In this document: positions 8,770-15,543 of the stretch, piece after piece
Layout of the letters: every line of letters begins with the position of its first letter
Position numbering within the stretch: the stretch's first letter is position 1
Source of the DNA: an uncultured Balneolaceae bacterium
Lineage (GTDB): Bacteria > Bacteroidota > Rhodothermia > Balneolales > Balneolaceae
Length of the DNA stretch: 32,000 bases
Assembly (NCBI GenBank): GCA_938091655.1
Contig: CALKOA010000023.1
Coordinates: forward strand, 10,662 to 42,661
Direction: 5' to 3'
The notes under the pieces: model-generated
The model's input: the letters and a program-made list of their open reading frames with translations, nothing else
Database searches by the model: none
What the model was told of the DNA's origin: nothing
Program-made: the position numbers and the translations under genes

Positions 8770-9384
8770 TTACTGTCCTCTGCGTATTTCTTGGATTAAA
8801 GTTTCTAACTCAGGAATGCTAGGTATAGGAATATTTGGATCCATTTGCACTGCTCGATTCCAATTGGCACGTGCTGCTGTGATATTTTCTAACATAAAAA
8901 AAATAGTTCCTTTAAGCGCGTAAGCGTCAGCTGTTTCTTGTATTTCGAGAGTTTTATCAATAAAATCTAATGATTGTCGATATTCCCCTAAATAAAACAA
9001 ATCTTGAGCTTTTCGATAGTTAGTAAGTAACATTTGTATATCTTTAGCTCTGCTCTGGACAATACTAGAATCAATTACTACAATAGAATCTTTATCCGCT
9101 GGTCGCATACCTCTTAAATCTAAATAAAACTGTTCTTTAGATGGATCTAGTTTAATTTGAATATTTGAACTCTCATTTAAATAATTGACGGTAATTACTT
9201 CATTTAGAGGACTAGCATCGCTTGTATTTACGGTATTGCGTTGAGTGTTGGTATTTACCGTACGTCGACTAGTATCTTCCAATCGTGAAGAAGTATTACT
9301 TTGAACTGGCTCAGTGGTCGCGCAGCTCAACGTAAATATAATTATGTAAGCTACCAAAAGTGCTGTGAGCGTAGTCTTAGTCAT
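8770..9384 (-). CDS. TPR-repeat lipoprotein
   Basis: MTKTTLTALLVAYIIIFTLSC signal with Cys when started at ATG 9384; the track start 9417 would overlap the upstream gene by 20 nt. C-terminal TPR-like YLGEYRQSLDFIDKTLEIQETADAYALKGTIFFMLENITAARANWNRAVQMDP. Stop lies 3 nt before the motA-like start. Confidence 0.6.
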   Translation of the reverse strand: MTKTTLTALLVAYIIIFTLSCATTEPVQSNTSSRLEDTSRRTVNTNTQRNTVNTSDASPLNEVITVNYLNESSNIQIKLDPSKEQFYLDLRGMRPADKDSIVVIDSSIVQSRAKDIQMLLTNYRKAQDLFYLGEYRQSLDFIDKTLEIQETADAYALKGTIFFMLENITAARANWNRAVQMDPNIPIPSIPELETLIQEIRRGQ

Positions 9385-9397
9385 AAGTACAATATGT

Positions 9398-10561
9398 TTA
9401 AAATCGTAGGACTGCATGGAATCCGAATCCAGTTTGTTTATAAGTTATACGGTCTTTGTTTGGTAATTTAATAGTTTCACCAGCTAGCATTAGATTCCCA
9501 AATACCGAAAGCCCAATATTTTTACTCAGATTAAATTGCACTCCAGGTTCTAACATAAACATTTCACCATCTTTGTTACCAAGAGGTAATTGCATATTTA
9601 GTTTGGAGTAGAATACTACTCGATATTCATCTATATCAGGATTCTTTTCTGATAAGGCTTGGTAATAAACTAAACCCAAATCAAACAGTGACATATCGAA
9701 TAGAGTTAGATCTCTATTTTGAGATCTAATAATATGATAACCTGCTGTAAAACCAATATAAGAACTATTCTCTAAATCTAAAGGCTGTCTGTAAGAAAAC
9801 GTTAAACTGAAATCTGTGAGAGCTTGTCGTAATAATGTATCGGCTTGATGTGAAAATGTAGTTGATGTGGAATCAGTGCCTGCGCCAGTACTATCATTAC
9901 TTGATGTTGTAGTCGAGTATTGATTCCTATACCAGCTATCGGAGGATCTAGTTGTAATTCCAAAACTGACCAATTTTTGTGAACCTTGATTCAATGTAGG
10001 TAAAACTATAGGTGGGTTTGATATAAATGAGTTACTCCAAACTACTTCCCGTGATTGCGGATTCATAACACGAATTCCAATGACAAGTCCTTCTGGTTCT
10101 CTCCTTTGCAAACTTAATTCTACTAAACCTTGTACACCATATTTATAAGAAATCTCTTCTAACATTTCAGGTGATACATCTGCTAAGGACCTTCCTTGCA
10201 TATTTAAGATTTGTAGTGTTGAATCGTTTCCTATAATCTTGAGTTTGTCATTTGGTTCTAGTTCTGGTGGTGATAATACGGTAAGTCCAGCATATTGGCG
10301 CATTGAATATTCGATCTCAGCCCGTAAATATTCTACTTCTTCATTTGTAAACCTTAGAGCGGAATAATTTATTTTATAGATCGCTATACGACGAACATTA
10401 ACGGGAAAGTCAGCCAGATTTGGATGTAACTGTTCTTGGATTTTTTCAATCATATATGGGTCACCTTGCTCATGGGTGTAAATCTGAGCAGAGACATAAA
10501 CTGTATTAAATAATCCTACAAAAGTTAGAACCAATAGTAGATTGAATAATCTTTTCATCAT
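9398..10561 (-). CDS. Exported protein: N-terminal alpha/beta domain, Ser/Thr-rich linker, C-terminal beta-rich domain (predicted outer-membrane protein)
   Basis: Signal peptide MMKRLFNLLLVLTFVGLFNTVYVSAQ. Linker TTTSSNDSTGAGTDSTSTTF. Alternating-hydrophobic strands, with C-terminal GFGFHAVLRF ending in Phe like an OMP beta-signal. Its ATG abuts the stop of the upstream gene. Confidence 0.5.
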   Translation of the reverse strand: MMKRLFNLLLVLTFVGLFNTVYVSAQIYTHEQGDPYMIEKIQEQLHPNLADFPVNVRRIAIYKINYSALRFTNEEVEYLRAEIEYSMRQYAGLTVLSPPELEPNDKLKIIGNDSTLQILNMQGRSLADVSPEMLEEISYKYGVQGLVELSLQRREPEGLVIGIRVMNPQSREVVWSNSFISNPPIVLPTLNQGSQKLVSFGITTRSSDSWYRNQYSTTTSSNDSTGAGTDSTSTTFSHQADTLLRQALTDFSLTFSYRQPLDLENSSYIGFTAGYHIIRSQNRDLTLFDMSLFDLGLVYYQALSEKNPDIDEYRVVFYSKLNMQLPLGNKDGEMFMLEPGVQFNLSKNIGLSVFGNLMLAGETIKLPNKDRITYKQTGFGFHAVLRF

Positions 10562-12490
10562 CTATGCTTCTGTTTTCATTTTACGACGTACTGCGTAAAG
10601 TATGGTTTTTTGAGCATCCTCTACTTCTGAATTAGTAGCCTCAGAAGGCATTTCCATTTCACTTAAAATAAGCTGCTGATCTCGTTTAGTACGAGACTTA
10701 AGTACTTTTTCTCTGACAGCAGCTGGAGCAGTGCGTAAAGCTAAAATAAGTGTTTCAGAAGGTATTTCGTCAAGTGCTGATTTTATTAATTCAATTTTTA
10801 CTTTTGGTAAATCATCAAATCCGATAAAATATTTTTTGATTTTTTTTGCTAATTCTAAATCTTGTTCTGCAATTGAAGCAACATATGCATCTTGTTCAGA
10901 AAGTGGCATAGTTTCAATTGTATTTAGTATAGTTTCTACACCATCTGCCGCAACATATTTCATGTCAGAGATAGCTAAAGCTTTTGTAGAAAAATGAGAG
11001 GCAACTTTTTTATAAACAGAGATAGGTATATTGTTAATTTTTCCCATTTTAAGGAGAACAGATATACGTTTGTCTTCATCCATTTTTTGTAAAACAATAC
11101 CAGCTCTCTCGCCAGCAACTTGAGCTAATAAAATAGAAACCATTTCATTAGATTCGTCTTTCATAAGGTGCAGAATTTGTTGATCTGTTAATTGATCAAC
11201 AAAATCAAACATACTAGTTTCTTTGTCTTCTGACTCTTTTGGGCTTTTGTATGTTGTAATACTACTGCGGAGGTTCTCAGTCTCATTTATTCTTTCTTCG
11301 AGGGAAAGGCTACCAGAATTATCAATACCATAACTAAGCATTTCATAAATATTGGAACTCATATGAGGTTTCAAAATATTGATCAGTTTCTCATCTACAC
11401 TAATAAGACTTTTTACGACTTTAGATGTACCCTGTTCTTCATCATTCGCAATCCATTCGCTAAACATGCTTGAGACAATTTTTGGCTTACTAATACACAT
11501 ATTTGCAATGAATGTTTTGTCTCCTTCAAATTTTGCCATTTCTTTAACAGTAGGACCTTTGCGCGAATATTCTTCATTTACTTCATTAACAATTGATTGT
11601 GGAATATTTAAAGTAGTTTTAGCTTTTCCTTTATCTTGTACAACCTCTTCATCATTTTTGGTCTTTGGCTTTCTTGAAACAGCAAATATTAAAACCATAA
11701 TGCATAAAATTGCTAGTGCGAGAATAATGTATAATAGGTGCTCTGGGTTGTTCCAGTCAATTCCTAAAAATAGTTTCTGTTCTCTTTCTTCTATTATGGT
11801 TTTGAAAACAGTATCAGGCAAAAGAGGTGAAATATCATTAACTAAATTCTCTTCTTTATCTTCGTTAGGCTGTTCTTGGATGTTATTGACGATATTGGTA
11901 CTGTCTAGCAATATCGCAGGGCTAGGTGCGGAAGGCTTTTTAATATCTTGTTCGAAAGCACGACTATTTCGTGGAAATACTTTTTTACTAACCGAGACGA
12001 TATCACCCCGAAATTCATCTGCATTGGCAATTAACGAGGCGGCTTCTTCTACGAAATCAACATCTTCGTCACTATACGAGGTATCTACGAGTACCTTAAT
12101 ATTAAGTCTTGTAAGTTGAAAACGTGCATCAAATCCAGACGCTTTTATACTGTCTTGTCCAGTAGGCCTGTTTGATTGAAGATTAGGTGGTATAAAAGGG
12201 AGTCCAGGCAGGTTTTCAATTTTAATATCTTCTTGTGGTTGTACGACTTGGTAGCCTTTAGGGACTAAAATACGCTCTAATGTGGCCTTAACATCTACAA
12301 TAAATGTTCCCTCTCGGTAGTAATCTGATAGTGCGTTATCTAAAACAACTTCATAGTATCGTTCGTATTTAGCCGCTTCTTCCTGCACATCTGCGGACGA
12401 ATTCTGTCCAGGCACTATTTGCCCGGTTACAATCATACTCTGAAGCGCAATAATGCCCGTAAGAGCAAGAATTTTAAGGTTTCCTGCCAT
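10562..12490 (-). CDS. Membrane protein with FliF-like periplasmic ring-building segment fused to FliG middle + C-terminal-like cytoplasmic domains
   Basis: Hydrophobic N-terminus (aa 6-22), ~230-aa periplasmic region, TM at aa 251-271. aa 124-172 (LTRLNIKVLVD...EFRGDIVSVSKKVF) resembles the end of the FliF ring-building region. aa 427-642 run parallel to FliG: FDFV..., ADGVETILN, DLELAKKIKKYFIGFDDL, ALRTAPAAVREKVLK...EVEDAQKTILYAVRR. Confidence 0.65.
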   Translation of the reverse strand: MAGNLKILALTGIIALQSMIVTGQIVPGQNSSADVQEEAAKYERYYEVVLDNALSDYYREGTFIVDVKATLERILVPKGYQVVQPQEDIKIENLPGLPFIPPNLQSNRPTGQDSIKASGFDARFQLTRLNIKVLVDTSYSDEDVDFVEEAASLIANADEFRGDIVSVSKKVFPRNSRAFEQDIKKPSAPSPAILLDSTNIVNNIQEQPNEDKEENLVNDISPLLPDTVFKTIIEEREQKLFLGIDWNNPEHLLYIILALAILCIMVLIFAVSRKPKTKNDEEVVQDKGKAKTTLNIPQSIVNEVNEEYSRKGPTVKEMAKFEGDKTFIANMCISKPKIVSSMFSEWIANDEEQGTSKVVKSLISVDEKLINILKPHMSSNIYEMLSYGIDNSGSLSLEERINETENLRSSITTYKSPKESEDKETSMFDFVDQLTDQQILHLMKDESNEMVSILLAQVAGERAGIVLQKMDEDKRISVLLKMGKINNIPISVYKKVASHFSTKALAISDMKYVAADGVETILNTIETMPLSEQDAYVASIAEQDLELAKKIKKYFIGFDDLPKVKIELIKSALDEIPSETLILALRTAPAAVREKVLKSRTKRDQQLILSEMEMPSEATNSEVEDAQKTILYAVRRKMKTEA

Positions 12491-12751
12491 GATTTAACCC
12501 CCGTAGAAGGTATTTTATTTAAGCCTAAACGTAGATGATGTTTACTACTTCGTTAAGTATGCGAAAATTTTTTGAGTTTTCCACATTTTGGTGCAAAATA
12601 AGTAGAATATTAATCTAATGATAATAATCTTGAAAATTATTGGTAATTAGATGTTTAGGATAAATTAAGTTTCTTGTAGTGTAATATTATAAAAAATTAT
12701 CCACACTTCGAACTACGTAAAAACACTTAAGTTGTACTTGTGCTGAATTGC

Positions 12752-13186
12752 TCATGACTTGGAAGAGAAGGCTAGCGCATAGATTTTCATTTGTTTAACC
12801 ATAGAAGCCAGGCCATTAGCTCTGGTTGGTGAGAGATGCTCATTCATTCCAATTTCAGTGATAAATGTAGGCTCTGTTTTTAAAATAGCGGTAGGGGTTT
12901 GATGGCTATACAAGCGTACCATTAATGCCACAAGTCCTTTAGTGATAGCGGCGTCACTGTCTGCCTCGAATACAACCCGCCCTTCATTGAGTTCAGCATG
13001 CAACCAAACTTGGCTTTGACAGCCTTTAACAATATTGCTATCTATTTTTTTTGAGCTATCGAGCGGGGGAAGTTTAGATCCAAGTTTAATGATATGCTTG
13101 TAGCGTTCAGTCCAATCTTCGAAAAGATTAAATTCTCTGACAATTCTATTTTGTGTCTCTTCAATACCTGTTGCGGGCTGCGACAT
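12752..13186 (-). CDS. sufE: Cysteine desulfuration (sulfur acceptor) protein SufE
   Basis: VKGCQSQVWL...ADSDAAITKGLVAL...HLSPTRANGL aligns closely with E. coli SufE, including the acceptor Cys. Confidence 0.9.
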   Translation of the reverse strand: MSQPATGIEETQNRIVREFNLFEDWTERYKHIIKLGSKLPPLDSSKKIDSNIVKGCQSQVWLHAELNEGRVVFEADSDAAITKGLVALMVRLYSHQTPTAILKTEPTFITEIGMNEHLSPTRANGLASMVKQMKIYALAFSSKS

Positions 13187-13194
13187 AGCGACGC

Positions 13195-14073
13195 TTAAAT
13201 TTCTTTTAACTCTAGCTTACCGACTGACTTTACAGTAGAAATTTTGTTGCTGGTATCGTCTTTTATGGGACTGAATGACTGATAAATTGTTTGGTATTCG
13301 TCAGAACCGGGTACTTTATATCGAAATAACTCAGAGACTGTTTTACCTTCAAACGCACTGCTTAGTGCTTGCTCTATCATGGCAATATCATCTGGATGTA
13401 TAACACTCTCCAATCCTTTTTCAAAAACATCGTCTGAGCTGAATCCAGTGACTTCTTCGAAAGCTTCATTGATGTATTTGCAATTGAACCCTGATTCATC
13501 CTTCGAAAACTTGAGTATGAATTCTTCTCTTTGTTTTAGTAATGATCCAAAATCGGTATTGAAAATAGCCTTAGCGCTTTCTTTTTTCTCTGTAACATCT
13601 CGTTGATACGACACCCAATGAGTAACCTCACCCTGTGCATTCATTAAGGGATGTATATCCCACTGGTTAATAAACTCTGAGCCATCTTTACGGTAGTTGA
13701 TGGTGTGACCAAAGAATGCCTGACCTTCGATTAATCGTCTTTTGAGACGTTCCAAAATAGCACGGTCAGTTTTCGCACCTTGAAGAATTCGTGGTGTTTT
13801 GCCAAGTACTTCTTGTTTTGTATATCCAGTCATTCTGGTAAAACCGTCGTTCACATAAACAATTCTTGGCCCAGGTTTTTCCAAGCTAAGTTCGGTGATT
13901 ATAATAGAGTCATAATCATTCCGAATTGCGCTTTCAAGCAAGTCTAACTGGTGTTTTAGTATTGCAATTTGATCAGCTTGTGACTGAAAAGCACCTTCTA
14001 GCCTTGCTTGGGCATCGGCGTCTTTGGCAAAATTCTTGATGTCGTTTATTTCAAATGGTTTGTCGTGCTTCAT
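13195..14073 (-). CDS. Stand-alone tandem PAS protein; first PAS is LOV-like but lacks the adduct-forming Cys
   Basis: N-terminal coiled-coil-like segment. PAS-1 IVYVNDGFTRMTGYTKQEVLGKTPRILQGAKTD...INYRKDGSEFIN...SYQRDVT. Second PAS at aa ~185-285. No output domain. Ends 8 nt before sufE. Confidence 0.8.
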   Translation of the reverse strand: MKHDKPFEINDIKNFAKDADAQARLEGAFQSQADQIAILKHQLDLLESAIRNDYDSIIITELSLEKPGPRIVYVNDGFTRMTGYTKQEVLGKTPRILQGAKTDRAILERLKRRLIEGQAFFGHTINYRKDGSEFINQWDIHPLMNAQGEVTHWVSYQRDVTEKKESAKAIFNTDFGSLLKQREEFILKFSKDESGFNCKYINEAFEEVTGFSSDDVFEKGLESVIHPDDIAMIEQALSSAFEGKTVSELFRYKVPGSDEYQTIYQSFSPIKDDTSNKISTVKSVGKLELKEI

Positions 14074-14209
14074 AGGGCCATTTTGGTCTCGAGGAGTTTT
14101 TCACACTATAGGTCAGCAACTAAACGACGAATAGTGGTTAATCATTCCACAACTTTAAATAAATAAAAGAAGTGCTTAATTTGAGCTTTTCTTAAAACAA
14201 TTGCAGGAT

Positions 14210-14237
14210 AAAAAAAGGGGGACTATTGCCCCCCTTT
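14210..14237 (-). terminator. Rho-independent terminator (minus strand)
   Basis: Minus strand reads AAAGGGGG-GCAATAGT-CCCCCTTTTTTTATCC: a GC stem of 5 bp (8 bp with A:U extension) followed by a U7 tract. It lies ~290 nt downstream of the meaB stop. Confidence 0.6.
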
Positions 14238-14526
14238 CCTCACTCACTCATCGAAGTAGCAGCTTTGCTTTAGCTTAGCTGCACGCTCTTTAAAATTTAT
14301 TTAAACCTACACGATTATGTGAACTCATACAGATTAAATCATAGCCCGAACACTGTGGTATCATGTGCACATTGCTAACGGACATAGTGGCTTATCACAT
14401 AACTTAGTTTTGAATAAATATAATACTGTAAGCGCTTTTTTGCTAGTATAAAGTATGTTTTTGAGTAATTTTTTTTCAGGTCACCAAAAGCTTTTTAAAA
14501 CAGGCTAAAACCTTAAAATGATGGGT

Positions 14527-15540
14527 TTAATCCTTACTAAATAGTGACTGCGTGAATTCTTGAGCTGCTTCTACCACACTTTTTTTACCGGATTGAATCT
14601 CTATTACGAGCGCGTTTCGAACAGAGCTAGTGTGCCTAGCTTCCTGCAAATAGTGAAGCCAATAGTACTCACATAATTTTTGAAACCACTGTTCTTGTTG
14701 GAGTTTTCTTTTGTGCTCGAAGAATCCCTCTACTATAGCTTGTTCCAGAAATTTAGTTATGGCGTGCCAACTTTCAGTGATCCCAATGTCTTGGGTCGAA
14801 CTGACCCCTAAAGTCGGTACTTGGTAGTTTTTAAGGGAATGATTGATTAGTTGGGAAGTAGATCGTAACGATTGTAGTGTTTGTTGAGCTAATGATTTTG
14901 TCATTCCGTCCATTTTATTCACCAATAAAACATCTGCAAATTCCAATACTCCTCGTTTAATCCCTTGTAATTCATCTCCACTTCCAGGTTGGTTAAGCAA
15001 AACAAAACAGTCCACCATATTTGCTACAGCACCTTCACTTTGCCCAATTCCGACCGTTTCTACGAGAATAATGGAATAACCAGCTAGTTCACATAAGCTC
15101 ATGATGGATTGAGTAGCGTGGGTAACTCCACCGAGAACTTGTTGAGAAGGTGAAGGGCGTATGAAGGCATTTGGCTGGGTGCTCAACCGATCCATCCTAG
15201 TTTTATCACCTAGAATAGAACCGCCAGATAGTTGGCTGCTGGGATCAACAGCTAACACACATACTCGATGTCCTAGCGAGAGTAGGTGCATCCCTAAGGA
15301 TTCTATGTAACTACTTTTTCCTACCCCAGGAGGGCCAGATATTCCTATTCTTATCGTTGGCGCATGTTCGGTAGCATTGAGCCGTACCAAGCTTTCTTTA
15401 AGTAGGTTTCCAGCCCTATGCTGATCTTCTGCTCTAGTACTTTCAAGCAGTGTAATTGCCCGAGAAAGACTTCTTATTTGCCCATTTTTAATGGAATTTA
15501 TCCATTCCGAAATGGAAGTATGATCGCTGGGTTCCTTCAT
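14527..15540 (-). CDS. meaB: Methylmalonyl-CoA mutase-associated G-protein chaperone MeaB/ArgK
   Basis: P-loop GISGPPGVGKSS, VETVGIGQSE and LVNKMD motifs. Start is 3 nt after the mutase stop. Confidence 0.9.
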   Translation of the reverse strand: MKEPSDHTSISEWINSIKNGQIRSLSRAITLLESTRAEDQHRAGNLLKESLVRLNATEHAPTIRIGISGPPGVGKSSYIESLGMHLLSLGHRVCVLAVDPSSQLSGGSILGDKTRMDRLSTQPNAFIRPSPSQQVLGGVTHATQSIMSLCELAGYSIILVETVGIGQSEGAVANMVDCFVLLNQPGSGDELQGIKRGVLEFADVLLVNKMDGMTKSLAQQTLQSLRSTSQLINHSLKNYQVPTLGVSSTQDIGITESWHAITKFLEQAIVEGFFEHKRKLQQEQWFQKLCEYYWLHYLQEARHTSSVRNALVIEIQSGKKSVVEAAQEFTQSLFSKD

Positions 15541-15543
15541 ATA

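Noticed and set aside
10731-12119. Plus-strand ORFs 10731..10997 (88 aa) and 11379..12119 (246 aa) antisense to the FliF/FliG-like gene
   Set aside because: Ser/Leu/Phe-rich low-complexity translations, typical of the antisense frame of an AT-rich, Lys/Glu-rich gene. The minus-strand frame carries clear domain-level similarity.
14290-14385. 31-codon minus-strand sORF (MSVSNVHMIPQCSGYDLICMSSHNRVGLNKF) in the meaB-PAS gap
   Set aside because: No recognisable ribosome-binding context, motif or conservation evidence is available. It is as likely to be chance in AT-rich sequence, so it is mentioned only as part of the candidate-sRNA region.
14383-14393. AAGCCACTATG on the minus strand resembles the B12-box core (GCCACTG), next to the B12-dependent mutase operon
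   Set aside because: It lies downstream rather than upstream of the operon. It has one mismatch, I could find none of the other conserved cobalamin-riboswitch elements, and no regulated gene follows before the terminator.
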